A stretch of 64,000 bases of DNA from Bacillota bacterium (GCA_014896355.1 JADBKO010000005.1:34286-98285); one strand, 5' to 3'; positions 10,883 to 20,517 are shown, counted from the stretch's first letter. Notes: generated by a model not told the origin, from the sequence alone. Program-made: numbers and translations.

Positions 10883-11585
10883 TGTGGCAGTCATCTTCCG
10901 GCGGGAAGTTTCCGGGTATTTCGTCACTCCCGTGGCGTATGTGGTTTTCGCCGTTTTTCTGGTCTTGTCCGGCTATTTCTTCACCATGTCCCTGTTTGCC
11001 ACGCAGACTGCGGACATGAGCATTACTTTCGGAAACATGTCGGTGACGTTGCTCTTCGTGGCTCCGGTCCTCACCATGAAAATGCTGGCTGAGGAGGGCC
11101 GCCAGGGTACCATGGAGCTTCTGCTGACCAGCCCTGCCAGCCTCACCTCCATCGTGGTGGGCAAGTACCTGGCCGCCGTGTTCACGTTCCTGGTGCTTTT
11201 GCTGGTGACGGCGCTCTATCCGATCAGCCTGTTCTGGGTGAGCAAGCCGGATCTAGGGCCCATCCTCAGCGGGTACCTGGGGATTCTGCTGTTGGGCGCT
11301 GCCTGCCTGGCCGTGGGCATGTTCGCCTCGTCTTTGACGGAGAGCCAGGTGGTGGCAGGCATGCTGGGCTTCGGTCTGCTCCTGCTGTTCTGGGTGCTGG
11401 GATGGGCCAGCGGGAATGTCACCGGCGTGGCGGGAGAGGTCTTGGGCGCCCTGTCGTTGCTGAACCGCCTGGATGGATTCACCCGTGGCATCATCAACGG
11501 GGCCGATGTCCTTTATTATTTGAGTTTTGCCTTTGCCTTCGTCTTTTTGACCGTGCGGGTTGTGGACGCCAGGAGGTGGAGCTGA
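10875..11585 (+). CDS. ABC-2 family transporter permease (GldF-like)
   Basis: Six-TM hydrophobic profile typical of ABC-2 permeases. The ATG at 10875 has a GGAGGGGG SD and overlaps the ATPase stop. Confidence 0.8.
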   Translation: MSNVAVIFRREVSGYFVTPVAYVVFAVFLVLSGYFFTMSLFATQTADMSITFGNMSVTLLFVAPVLTMKMLAEEGRQGTMELLLTSPASLTSIVVGKYLAAVFTFLVLLLVTALYPISLFWVSKPDLGPILSGYLGILLLGAACLAVGMFASSLTESQVVAGMLGFGLLLLFWVLGWASGNVTGVAGEVLGALSLLNRLDGFTRGIINGADVLYYLSFAFAFVFLTVRVVDARRWS

Positions 11586-13228
11586 TGGCAGTGCGCAGAC
11601 AGCTGGACGCCGCTGCCGGCATCGCCGGAGCCCTGCTGGTGCTGGCGGCGCTGTTGTACTACGGGATCATGGCGGCCGCCCCGGTCTGGTTGTATGGAAT
11701 GGCAGCCCTAGGCGTGGTGCTGCTGGTTTACTACGTGGCTGTGAACGGACGGGCGCTGTGGCGGTTTCTGAGCGGACGGACCTTCCGCTATGGCAGTCAC
11801 GCGCTTCTCTTGACCGTGGCGGTTTTGGGCATCGTGGTGCTGGCCAATGTGGTGGTGGCCCGCCATCCCTGGCGGCTGGACACCACCCGCAACAAGCTCT
11901 ACACGCTGAGCCCGCAGACTGTCCAGGTGTTGCGGGGCCTGCAACAGGACGTCACGATCACCGCCTTTTTCAAGAGCGGCACGGATCAGGAGCAGATGGT
12001 ACGCAATCTGCTGAAGGAATACTCGTACCAGACGCGCCATCTCAAGGTCCGCTTCGTCGACCCGGTGAAGGAGCCGGCCTTGGCGCGCCAATACCAAATC
12101 AGCACGGATGGTACGTCGGTAGTGGCCAACGGGCCCCGCACCAAGACCGTGTATCCCTACGACGTCTTCAATTACTCGTACGACGCATATGGGCAGCCAC
12201 AGAGCCAGTTTCAGGGCGAGCAGGCCTTCACCCGGGCCATTCTGGACGTGACGGCGGGGAAACAACGCCTGGCCTACTTCACCTCCGGACACGGCGAGCG
12301 CAGCCCGGATCGGGATTACAGCCGGGCAGAGGGTTTCCTGACCGGTGAAGGGTATACGGTCAAGACGGTCAACATTGCGCAGGACGGCAAAATCCCGGCG
12401 GATGCGGCGCTTTTGATCATCGCCGGGCCCAGCCGCGATTTCACCCCGCAGGAGACGGCGCAGTTGACCGCCTACCTGAACCAGGGTGGCAAAATGCTGG
12501 TGCTGTTGGATCCCACGCTACAGAAAGGCACGCTCAGCAATCTGGACGGCTTCCTGGCCCAGTGGGGGGTGCGGCCCGACCATGACGTGGTGGTGGACCC
12601 GGCCCGCCATTACTTCGTGGATGCGGTGAGCCCCATCCCGGTGTATGAGGATCACGACATCACCCGCAAGCTCATGGAGGACAACCTCGGGATCGTCCTG
12701 CCCCAGAGCCGCAGCCTGAGCCAGGCCAGCCCGGTGCCAGCCGGGCTCAGCGTGGCCGCGCTGCTGAAGACCAGTGACCAGGCCTGGGGTGAGACGAATC
12801 TGCAGCAAAAACAGGCCAAATTCGACGCTGCGGACCTGAAGGGGCCTTTAACGCTGGCCTACGCGGTGACAAAAGACGTGCAGCCCCCATCGAACGCCGG
12901 GTCCAAGGGCGCGCCGAAGGCTCAGAGCCAGGCGAAAGCGCCGGGCGCGGAGACGGCCCAGGCCCGCCTGGTGGTGGTGGGCAATGCCGCGTTCCTGGAT
13001 AACGATGTGCTGACCTTCCAGGGGAACGTGGACTTCTTCATGAATGCCGCCAACTGGCTGACGGGCAAACAGAGTATGATCACCATCCGGCCCAAGACGG
13101 CAGAGTTCGCCCAGGTTTACCTCAGCGGCACCCAGGCCAAGACCCTCTTTTACGGGCTGGTGCTGATCCTGCCGCTGCTGTTCTTGTTGGCAGGCGGGGT
13201 GGTCTTCTGGAGGAGGCGGGCCCTGTGA
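11585..13228 (+). CDS. GldG-like ABC-transport auxiliary component
   Basis: N- and C-terminal TM helices flank a large extracytoplasmic domain, the Gldg-family architecture. TGATG overlap with the upstream permease and an AGGAGG SD. Confidence 0.75.
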   Translation: MAVRRQLDAAAGIAGALLVLAALLYYGIMAAAPVWLYGMAALGVVLLVYYVAVNGRALWRFLSGRTFRYGSHALLLTVAVLGIVVLANVVVARHPWRLDTTRNKLYTLSPQTVQVLRGLQQDVTITAFFKSGTDQEQMVRNLLKEYSYQTRHLKVRFVDPVKEPALARQYQISTDGTSVVANGPRTKTVYPYDVFNYSYDAYGQPQSQFQGEQAFTRAILDVTAGKQRLAYFTSGHGERSPDRDYSRAEGFLTGEGYTVKTVNIAQDGKIPADAALLIIAGPSRDFTPQETAQLTAYLNQGGKMLVLLDPTLQKGTLSNLDGFLAQWGVRPDHDVVVDPARHYFVDAVSPIPVYEDHDITRKLMEDNLGIVLPQSRSLSQASPVPAGLSVAALLKTSDQAWGETNLQQKQAKFDAADLKGPLTLAYAVTKDVQPPSNAGSKGAPKAQSQAKAPGAETAQARLVVVGNAAFLDNDVLTFQGNVDFFMNAANWLTGKQSMITIRPKTAEFAQVYLSGTQAKTLFYGLVLILPLLFLLAGGVVFWRRRAL

Positions 13229-14445
13229 AGAAGTTCTGGCTCACCTACCTTCTGTTGGCCGTGTTCGTGGCGCTGGGGGCGTACGTCTACCTGAGCAGGC
13301 CGGCGACGTCTGAGAACGGTCAAGGTGCGGCAGCCGGGGCGCAGATCCTGAAATTGAAGCAGCAGGACGTGGTGCAGATCAGCCTGGCCTGGGATGGCCA
13401 ATCTGCGGAACTGCGGCGGGCGGCCGGCCGCGGCAAGGCCACGGGCGCGCCGGGAGCCTCGTCCCGGATCCCTGCCGGGGCTGCCGGCGGGGCCTCCGCG
13501 GGGACGGAAACAGGCTGGCGGCTGGTGAAACCCGTCGACGCCCGGGCCGACGAGACGGTGGTCGGGTCCCTGCTCAGCACGTTCACGGATCTGAAAGCCA
13601 GCGACAAGGTGGCGGAGAAGGCCGGCAATCTGGCCCAATATGGGCTGAACGCACCGCAGCGCAGCCTCACGCTGCGCCTGCGCAGCGGGAAGACGTATAC
13701 CCTCTTGGTGGGTGGCCAGAGCCCCCTGGGGACCGACTATTACGTCATGTTGAAGGGGAGCAGCCCGGTGTATACCCTTCCCGGTTCGGACCTGGACGTT
13801 TGGCCCAAGGATACGGCAGGCCTGCGGGACCATCGGGTGGTGATGGCCAACGCGGATCAAGTCACGGCGTTGGATGTCACCTACAACGGCCGGCGCCTGG
13901 TCATGAGTAAGGGCAAGGACGGGGTCTGGGTCGTGAAGGAGCCTTATCCCGGGAAGAAACCTTCGTCCACCGATGTCCAGAGCCTGCTGTGGGACTTGAC
14001 TTGGTTGAACGCCGACGGGTTTGTGAACGATCACCCCAGCGCCGCGGATTTGCATCGCTATGGGCTGGACCAGCCGTGGCTGGCTGCGGACGTAAGCCTG
14101 CCGGGCGGCGGGGCGGCTGCCGGCAGAGTCCGTGTCCTGGTGGGCAAGCAGCTGTCTGCTTCGGCGGCAGCCGCGCTGGGGACAGGCTCCGCCGGGACGG
14201 CAAAATACTACTACGTGAAAAACAGCTCGGACCCGACGGTCTACGCCGTCAGCACCATTTCCTCCATCACGGGGGATCTGGACCGGTTGCTGAAGCCTCC
14301 GGCTCCGGCCACGAAGAAGGAGGCTTCCTCGAAGGAAGCCCCGGCGAAGGGGGCCTCTGGGGCGGCGCCGGGGCAGGCCACGGGGAAGGGCCGCCAGGTA
14401 ACCCAGCAGGGACCGCCGGCGACCGCGGCGAACCCCGCACATTAA
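13225..14445 (+). CDS. DUF4340-like protein, the usual partner of GldG
   Basis: N-terminal signal anchor MKKFWLTYLLLAVFVALGAYVY, and the standard position after GldG in ABC-2/GldG operons. GTGA overlap. Internal G/A-rich tracts. Confidence 0.65.
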   Translation: MKKFWLTYLLLAVFVALGAYVYLSRPATSENGQGAAAGAQILKLKQQDVVQISLAWDGQSAELRRAAGRGKATGAPGASSRIPAGAAGGASAGTETGWRLVKPVDARADETVVGSLLSTFTDLKASDKVAEKAGNLAQYGLNAPQRSLTLRLRSGKTYTLLVGGQSPLGTDYYVMLKGSSPVYTLPGSDLDVWPKDTAGLRDHRVVMANADQVTALDVTYNGRRLVMSKGKDGVWVVKEPYPGKKPSSTDVQSLLWDLTWLNADGFVNDHPSAADLHRYGLDQPWLAADVSLPGGGAAAGRVRVLVGKQLSASAAAALGTGSAGTAKYYYVKNSSDPTVYAVSTISSITGDLDRLLKPPAPATKKEASSKEAPAKGASGAAPGQATGKGRQVTQQGPPATAANPAH

Positions 14446-14545
14446 CCCTGCGGGGGGGACGGTAGGGAATCTGCGGCGCAGAAGGAGCTCAGTGATGGCG
14501 ACTGCTGTAGTGAACGCCGGGGTGTGCGGCTTGAGCGCAGCGGGC

Positions 14546-14586
14546 GGAGCGGGCCGGCCACGGGGCTGACCTGCTCCGTTTTTTGT
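14546..14586 (+). terminator. Possible intrinsic terminator after the ABC-2/GldG/DUF4340 operon
   Basis: GGAGCGGGCCGGCC...GCTCC stem followed by GTTTTTTG. Confidence 0.35.
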
Positions 14587-14622
14587 ATGCATGTGTCTGA
14601 TGTGTGTGATGCCTGTTTTCGG

Positions 14623-14665
14623 AGGATAGATCCTGCTTGTGTATAGCACAGGGAGGATATGTCCA
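14623..14665 (+). promoter_or_regulatory. Operator pair A: two 12-bp imperfect palindromes (AGGATAGATCCT and AGGATATGTCCA), 31 bp centre-to-centre, upstream of the CE7 esterase gene
   Basis: Near-identical architecture and sequence to pair B at 16871-16913 (GGAGGATA..TCCT ... GGAGGATAT.TCCACC ... GCGAAT). The intervening TTGTGT/TTTGTT could be a -35. Confidence 0.45.
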
Positions 14666-14761
14666 CCCAAGAGCGAATAGAGCTTAACAAGATTGCGGGT
14701 TTCAGTGCAAACGTGTACTTGGGAGCACCCTACACCCTGAAAAAAAGGGGGCCTTGCTTTA

Positions 14762-15745
14762 GTGGCTGGAATAGATATGGGGCCGGAACAGCTGCGGCAG
14801 TATAAACCGGCGCTGACGCGCGAGCCCGACTTTGACCAGTTCTGGGCGGACGCCCTGGAGGAGTCGAACCGGGAGCCGCTGGCGGCGGAGCTGACCCCGC
14901 TGCCGTACAGCGTGCCCGGCCCGCGCATCTACCGCCTATCCCTGGCTGGGCTGGGCAGAGTCCGGCTGGCCGGATATTATCTGGTTCCGCCGGGGACCGG
15001 CCCCTTTCCAGCCCTGGTCTTCTATCACGGCTACGGGATGGACAAAGGCGCCATTGCCGATTACTTGATGTGGCTGTGCCAGGGCTATGTCGTGGCAGTG
15101 CTGGATGTGCGCGGCCAGGGCGAAAGCCAGGATTCCGGAACCAGCCCAGTGGGCGGCGGAAATGTGGCGGGCTATATGGCCAAGGGGATCGAGAGCCCAG
15201 CCAGCTACTACTATCGCGGGGTCTATGTGGACACTGTGCGCCTGGTGCGTTTTGTCCAGCAACGCCCGGAGGTGGATCCCGTCCGAATCGGCGTGACCGG
15301 CGGCAGCCAGGGCGGCGGTTTGGCTTTGGTGGCAGCGGCCCTGAGCGGCGCAGCGGCTGTGGCCGTGAGCGAGGAGCCATTTCTGTGTCATTTTCAGCGT
15401 GCCATCGACATCGCCTTGCAGGGGCCGTACCTGGAACTCCAGGAGTACCTGCGCCGCCACCCTGAGCGTACGGAAGCCACCCTGCGGACCCTGAGCTATT
15501 TCGACGTGATGAACTTGGCGGAGCGGGTTCAGTGTCCGGTGCGGATGTGCGTGGGTCAGATGGACGACGTCTGCCCTCCGTCCACCGCTGCTGCCGCTTT
15601 TAACCACTTGGGCGGCGCCGGGGAGAACGTCCTGGATATCTATCCCTTCAACCGGCACGACGTGTGGGGTTACCCCGCCAGCAAGGAGGCAAACATCGTT
15701 TTTCTGCAGCGCCATCTGCATCCACAGGGAGCCTGGGCGCGCTGA
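14762..15745 (+). CDS. Acetyl xylan esterase / cephalosporin-C deacetylase (CE7, Axe1 family)
   Basis: N-terminal FDL-like MAGIDMGPEQLRQYKP, GxSQGG nucleophile (GGSQGGGLAL) and a C-terminal H in FNRHDV, consistent with the CE7 catalytic triad. Confidence 0.85.
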   Translation: MAGIDMGPEQLRQYKPALTREPDFDQFWADALEESNREPLAAELTPLPYSVPGPRIYRLSLAGLGRVRLAGYYLVPPGTGPFPALVFYHGYGMDKGAIADYLMWLCQGYVVAVLDVRGQGESQDSGTSPVGGGNVAGYMAKGIESPASYYYRGVYVDTVRLVRFVQQRPEVDPVRIGVTGGSQGGGLALVAAALSGAAAVAVSEEPFLCHFQRAIDIALQGPYLELQEYLRRHPERTEATLRTLSYFDVMNLAERVQCPVRMCVGQMDDVCPPSTAAAAFNHLGGAGENVLDIYPFNRHDVWGYPASKEANIVFLQRHLHPQGAWAR

Positions 15746-15787
15746 AGTACGGCGCAATGTCACATGACTGCGGAGGGGGCGTTTGGC

Positions 15788-16762
15788 ATGCCTCGAGGGC
15801 GTATATCGACTGAGGACATCCTTGCGGAGGCGGCGGAGAAAACCGTCCGCGCCCGGCCGCTGCTGGCCCGCATCCCTAGCCATTTGGCTGGTTTGACGGG
15901 TTCCGAGCGCAAAGTGGCGCAGGTGGTGATTCGCCAGCCGCAGCAGGTGGTCTATAGTTCCGTTACGGAGTTGGCTGCTCTGGCGGAAGTCGGGGAGACT
16001 ACAGTCTTGCGGTTTGCTCGCAAGCTCGGCTACCGGAACTACCAGGATTTCAAGATGGACCTGGCGCGGGATGTCTTTTCTGAACCCTCCGCCAACGGGA
16101 TCGGCATGTTGGCGGGCGAGTCTGCGGCTGGGGGCCCGGCGCATCAAGGCGGCGAGGCGGTTCCGGGGCAGGGGGGCGCGGCGGAAGCCGGAACGGTGGA
16201 TGTCCTGGCCAAGGCCACGGAACGGAATCAGCGGGTCATCATGGATACTTTCCGCGTCCTGGACCGCGCTGCTTTCAACCGCGCAGTACAGATCCTGGCC
16301 GGTGCCCACCATATCCATTTCTATGGGGTGGGGCATTCCGGGATCACCGCGCACGATGCGCATTACCGGTTTCTCCGTTTGGGCTTCCCGGTGAGCTCCT
16401 TTTCCGACCCTCACTTTCAGACCATGGCCGCGGCCACTCTGGCCGAGGGGGACGCCGCTGTGGGGCTTTCCGTCTCCGGCAGCACGAAAGACACGGTGGA
16501 ATGCCTCCAGATTGCCAGGCGGCATGGAGCCAAGACCATCGCCATCACCGGCTATGCCCAGGCTCCCATTGTGCGGGAAGCGGACGTGGTATTGCTGACC
16601 GCCACGCGGGAGTCGCCCCTGGAATCGGGATCCTTTACCTCCAAGATCGGCCAGCTGCACATGCTGGACCTTCTTTGCGTCGCCCTGGTGGGGCTGCACC
16701 CGGATGCAGTTCGCCGCCAGCAAGAGAACGTGGCAGAGGCCATTTCGTCCAAGCTTTTCTAA
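15788..16762 (+). CDS. RpiR/MurR-family transcriptional regulator (HTH_6 + SIS domain)
   Basis: N-terminal HTH (LTGSERKVAQVV...SVTELAALAEVGETTVLRFARKLGY) and a C-terminal SIS domain (FYGVGHSG). ATG 15788 has a GGAGGGGG SD; an alternative ATG lies at 15764. Confidence 0.85.
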   Translation: MPRGRISTEDILAEAAEKTVRARPLLARIPSHLAGLTGSERKVAQVVIRQPQQVVYSSVTELAALAEVGETTVLRFARKLGYRNYQDFKMDLARDVFSEPSANGIGMLAGESAAGGPAHQGGEAVPGQGGAAEAGTVDVLAKATERNQRVIMDTFRVLDRAAFNRAVQILAGAHHIHFYGVGHSGITAHDAHYRFLRLGFPVSSFSDPHFQTMAAATLAEGDAAVGLSVSGSTKDTVECLQIARRHGAKTIAITGYAQAPIVREADVVLLTATRESPLESGSFTSKIGQLHMLDLLCVALVGLHPDAVRRQQENVAEAISSKLF

Positions 16763-16870
16763 GGCCCCGCTTGGCCGTATAGACCCTGGTTCATAGACGG
16801 CACTGTGTACGCACGGCTGTGGCGGCGGCGGGGGTGGGACCCAGGGGGAAAGCACTCTGTTTGCTGCTGG

Positions 16871-16913
16871 AGGATAACTCCTACATTTGTTAGGAAGCAG
16901 GAGGATATATCCA
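16871..16913 (+). promoter_or_regulatory. Operator pair B: AGGATAACTCCT and AGGATATATCCA (contains the perfect palindrome GGATATATCC), 31 bp centre-to-centre, between rpiR and nanE
   Basis: Same two half-site pairs, spacing and flanking GCGAAT as pair A. It lies in the rpiR-nanE intergenic region. Confidence 0.45.
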
Positions 16914-17000
16914 CCTGGATGGCGAATCTATCTCGCGTAGCGGAGTCTCAAAGCGGATAGGAGGCAGCAGACAACGAACTCAGCTTCCTTCGGCCCAACG

Positions 17001-17849
17001 TTGGGCGGCGGGAAAACACAGCAGACGCTGAAACTCTCCCTTGCGAAATCCTCTGCCGCCGCGGCAGCTTCGTCCCCGGGACAGGGCTCGCCTTTCCCGG
17101 CCGCTCACGTCCGGGTGGCGCCGGGACTGGAGCCGCTTAGGGGCGGGCTCATCGTGTCTTGCCAGGCACTGCCGGACGAGCCCCTGCATAGTTCGGCAAC
17201 CATGGCGCAGATGGCCGTGGCGGCTTGGCAAGGCGGAGCCGCAGGCATCCGGGCCAATTCCGCGGTGGACATCGCGGCCATCCGCCAGGTGATGCCTTTG
17301 CCGGTCATCGGGATCGTGAAGCGCGACTATCCGGATTCGCCGGTGTACATTACTCCCACCTTCGCTGAGGCGCGGGAAGTGGTGGAATCCGGAGCGCACA
17401 TCCTGGCCGTGGATGCCACGCAGCGGCCCCGGCCGGGAGGATTGTCGCTGGCTGACTTGGTGGCCCAGATCCGCCGGCACTTTGCCATCCCTCTGATGGC
17501 GGACGTGAGTTCCGTGAGCGAGGGAATCGCCGCGGCGCAATTAGGGTTTGATGTGGTATCCACCACGCTGGTGGGCTATGCCGGCGATCACGAACCACTC
17601 GGTTACGAGCCGGATTTTGCCCTGATCCGGGAGATGGTGGAAGCGGTCACCGGCCGCTACGGCACTCCGGTCATCGCCGAGGGCCACATCTGGGAGCCGG
17701 TGCAGGCCCGGCGGTGCCTGGAACTGGGCGCCTATGCCGTGGTGGTGGGAAGCGCCATCACGCGGCCGCAATTGATCACGGAGCGGTTTGTCCGGGAGAT
17801 GCAGGGAAAGGCGGGAGCCGGGCGCCCCTCTGAGTGTCGCGAGGCGTGA
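17001..17849 (+). CDS. nanE: N-acylmannosamine-6-phosphate 2-epimerase
   Basis: LEPLRGGLIVSCQALPDEPLH...GIRANS, typical NanE. The first ~38 codons from the TTG at 17001 are low-complexity, so the true start may be near GTG 17115. Confidence 0.8.
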   Translation: MGGGKTQQTLKLSLAKSSAAAAASSPGQGSPFPAAHVRVAPGLEPLRGGLIVSCQALPDEPLHSSATMAQMAVAAWQGGAAGIRANSAVDIAAIRQVMPLPVIGIVKRDYPDSPVYITPTFAEAREVVESGAHILAVDATQRPRPGGLSLADLVAQIRRHFAIPLMADVSSVSEGIAAAQLGFDVVSTTLVGYAGDHEPLGYEPDFALIREMVEAVTGRYGTPVIAEGHIWEPVQARRCLELGAYAVVVGSAITRPQLITERFVREMQGKAGAGRPSECREA

Positions 17850-17959
17850 AGCAGGCGGCGGGCGTTGCGTAGGGCGGTGCGGGTGCGTCCGGGCGGACCA
17901 TCCCGGCTACGGGCGGTGCAGACGCATCCGGAAGCGTTCGGCCAAGGGGGGTTTGACAC

Positions 17960-18970
17960 ATGGGACGCTGTGCTGTGGGGCTGGATATCGGTGGCACGAA
18001 GATCGCTGTTGGAGTGGTGACGTTGGACGGACAGATCTTCTGGCGCAGCCGCCGCGAGACCCCGGTGCGGCTGGGAGCCGAGGCTGTGGCACAGGCTGTC
18101 TGTTCGGCCGCGGAAGAGGCGGTACGGGCCGCCGGCGCTGCCGGCCTGCAGCCTGAGGCCGTGGGAATCGCCACAGGCGGCCAGGTGGACCGGCTCCAGG
18201 GCAGAGTGGTCAGTTCCACCCGCGTCTTGCCGGGATGGGAAGCCATTGACCTGCGCACCCGCGTGGCAGAGGCCGTGGGGCTGCCGGTGCAGATCGACAA
18301 CGACGCCAAGGCCATGGCCCGGGCGGAGCTGGCCTGGGGTGCCGCCCGCGGAGCGCAGACCGCTGTGTTCTTGACGCTGGGCACAGGAGTGGGCGGTGCG
18401 CTGGCGGTGAACGGTCGCGTGGTCGACGGCCAGCGGGGTTTTGCCGGGCATCTTGGGCATATCCCGGTCACTTCGGTCACTTCGGACGGCCCGGTCTGCA
18501 GCTGCGGAAACCGCGGCTGTTTGGAAGCCTACGCCTCCGGCACGGCCATCGCCGCCCTGGCCCGGGCCCGTCTGGCAACCGAACGGCCCCCGGCGGCGGC
18601 GACACCGGAGCCGGCCCCGGACGCCAGCGCGGTTTTCGCCGCGGCGGCGCAGGGGGCCCCCTGGGCCCGTTGGGCGCTGGATCAGGCCCTGGCAGCCCTG
18701 GGCGCGGCTTTGGCCGGACTGGTCCATGCCCTCAATCCCGAAGTGATCGTGATCGGCGGCGGGCTCAGTAGCCAGGGCGAGCCGTGGCGCCGGTCCATAG
18801 AAGACGCCGTCTTTCGCCGCGTCATGCCCGCCTTCCGGAGCGGGCTCTCCATCCGGCTGGCGGCGCTGGGCGGCGACGCAGGCTTGGCCGGGGCGGCACT
18901 GCTGGGAGCTGGGTGGGATCGGGTGGATGCACCGGATCCCGGGAATTCCGGAAAGGAGTGGCGCGGATGA
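17960..18970 (+). CDS. ROK-family sugar kinase (N-acetylmannosamine / N-acetylglucosamine kinase-like)
   Basis: GLDIGGTKIAVGVV ATP motif, and a ROK signature with the zinc motif CSCGNRGCLE. Confidence 0.85.
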   Translation: MGRCAVGLDIGGTKIAVGVVTLDGQIFWRSRRETPVRLGAEAVAQAVCSAAEEAVRAAGAAGLQPEAVGIATGGQVDRLQGRVVSSTRVLPGWEAIDLRTRVAEAVGLPVQIDNDAKAMARAELAWGAARGAQTAVFLTLGTGVGGALAVNGRVVDGQRGFAGHLGHIPVTSVTSDGPVCSCGNRGCLEAYASGTAIAALARARLATERPPAAATPEPAPDASAVFAAAAQGAPWARWALDQALAALGAALAGLVHALNPEVIVIGGGLSSQGEPWRRSIEDAVFRRVMPAFRSGLSIRLAALGGDAGLAGAALLGAGWDRVDAPDPGNSGKEWRG

Positions 18971-20517
18971 AGCCACTGGAACAGGCCGCAGATGGCGGCA
19001 CCTATCCCGTCATCGTGGTGGGCGGCGGGACTGCCGGAGCGATGGCGGCTGTGGCTGCCGCCCGCGGTGGAGCCCGAACTCTACTGATCGAGGAGAACGG
19101 CTATCTCGGCGGGACAGCCACCGGAGGGTTGGTGACGCCGTTCATGTCCAACCGGATCCCGGCGCGATCGTTGCCAGCGGCGGAGCGAGCTGCGCAGAGA
19201 GATGCCGGCGGCTCCGGCCCCTCCCCGGCGGATGACGGCGCGGTCAACCTCAATCGCGGCCTTACCGACGAGCTGAAGGCCAGGTTGGCGGCGATCCAGG
19301 CCGGGGCCGCCACACCCGACAACGATGGCTGGTTCGACCCGGAGGGAATGAAGTTCGTATTGGAGGACATGGCCCTGGAGGCCGGTGTCCAGCTCCTCTA
19401 TTACACGCGCTTTGTGGATGTTTTGACCGCTCCTGCGGCCGCAGAGGCGGGGACCGCCTCCGGAGCGGGGGAGCAGAGGCGTCGTATCACCGGGATCGTG
19501 GCGCACACCCCCGCGGGGTTCGTGCGATTCGGGGCGCAAGTGGTCATCGACGCCAGCGGTGATGCGGACGTGGCCGTGGCTGCCGGTGTTCCTTGGCGTT
19601 GCGGAGGCCCATCCGGGCAGAGACAGGCCCTCTCCGTGCGCTTTATCGCCGGCGGAGTGGATCTAGAGGCGCTGGCCCGGTTCCTGCGAGAATTGGGCGA
19701 TCCTGCTTGGCCTGATGGCTTTCTGGAAATGGCCATGGTCTGGGGGCGCGGCTTCAAACTGGAGCCCCTCTTCCGCCGGGCCGTGGAGGCCGGTGACCTA
19801 CTAGAATCTGATGGGGATTACTTCCAATGTTTTACGCTGCCGGGCCGCCCCGGACAGCTGGCTTTCAACTGCCCCCGCATCGCCACGCAGGTGGATGGCA
19901 CCAACCCCTGGGATCTGACCCACGCCCAGATCGAGGGGCGTCAGGCCATCCGGCGGTTGATGAGCTTTCTGCGCAAGTATCTGCCCGGATGCCAGCAGGC
20001 GCATGTCCTCGAGGTGGCACCCATGGTCGGGGTGCGGGAGAGCCGGCGGATTGTGGGCGATTATGTGCTGACCCTGCAGGATGTGCTGCAGGCTCGTAAG
20101 TTTTCCGATGCAGTGCTGCGCAACCGGTACCCCGTTGACATCCATTGGGTCCAGAATTCGCCAGCGGGGAAAGCCTCGGAGACTGTGGACTCGGCGCTGC
20201 AGACTGCGGGCCGGGTCCCGGAGCCGGAGGAGCCGGAAGTGTTCCACCACCCGGGTTTTCTCCCCGAAGGCGCGTACCACGAGGTACCGTATCGCTGCTT
20301 GCTGCCCCGGGGCATCGAAGGCCTGCTGGTGACAGGGCGGTGCATTTCCGCCACTTTTGCGGCCCAGTCCGCCATTCGTATTCAGCCGAACTGCCATTCC
20401 CTGGGGCAGGCGGCCGGGACAGCGGCCGCGTTGGCCGTAGAGGCCGGCATCACACCGCGGCAAGTGGACGGCGTCCATTTGCGGGAAGTTTTACGGTCAC
20501 AGGGGGCCTGTCTATGA
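18967..20517 (+). CDS. FAD-dependent oxidoreductase (pfam12831-like), copy 1
   Basis: YPVIVVGGGTAGAMAAVAAARGGARTLLIEENGYLGG dinucleotide-binding motif. ATGA overlap with the ROK gene and an AAAGGAG SD. Paralog of 33268-34770. Confidence 0.8.
   Translation: MKPLEQAADGGTYPVIVVGGGTAGAMAAVAAARGGARTLLIEENGYLGGTATGGLVTPFMSNRIPARSLPAAERAAQRDAGGSGPSPADDGAVNLNRGLTDELKARLAAIQAGAATPDNDGWFDPEGMKFVLEDMALEAGVQLLYYTRFVDVLTAPAAAEAGTASGAGEQRRRITGIVAHTPAGFVRFGAQVVIDASGDADVAVAAGVPWRCGGPSGQRQALSVRFIAGGVDLEALARFLRELGDPAWPDGFLEMAMVWGRGFKLEPLFRRAVEAGDLLESDGDYFQCFTLPGRPGQLAFNCPRIATQVDGTNPWDLTHAQIEGRQAIRRLMSFLRKYLPGCQQAHVLEVAPMVGVRESRRIVGDYVLTLQDVLQARKFSDAVLRNRYPVDIHWVQNSPAGKASETVDSALQTAGRVPEPEEPEVFHHPGFLPEGAYHEVPYRCLLPRGIEGLLVTGRCISATFAAQSAIRIQPNCHSLGQAAGTAAALAVEAGITPRQVDGVHLREVLRSQGACL

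Noticed and set aside
14621-16935. Considered that the conserved ~70-nt GGAGGATA elements are a cis-regulatory RNA or riboswitch, because they contain SD-like GGAGG strings and small AGGA/TCCT hairpins
   Set aside because: Both sub-elements are DNA dyads (AGGATA|TATCCT; GGATATATCC perfect palindrome) with fixed 31-bp spacing, which is typical of protein operators. The predicted RNA stems are only 4 bp. An RNA role cannot be excluded without covariation data.
17001-17114. N-terminal 38 residues of the nanE track ORF (MGGGKTQQTLKLSLAKSSAAAAASSPGQG...)
   Set aside because: Low-complexity, no SD, and NanE homology begins only at LEPLRGG. It is probably 5'-UTR read in frame, and the real start is likely near 17115.
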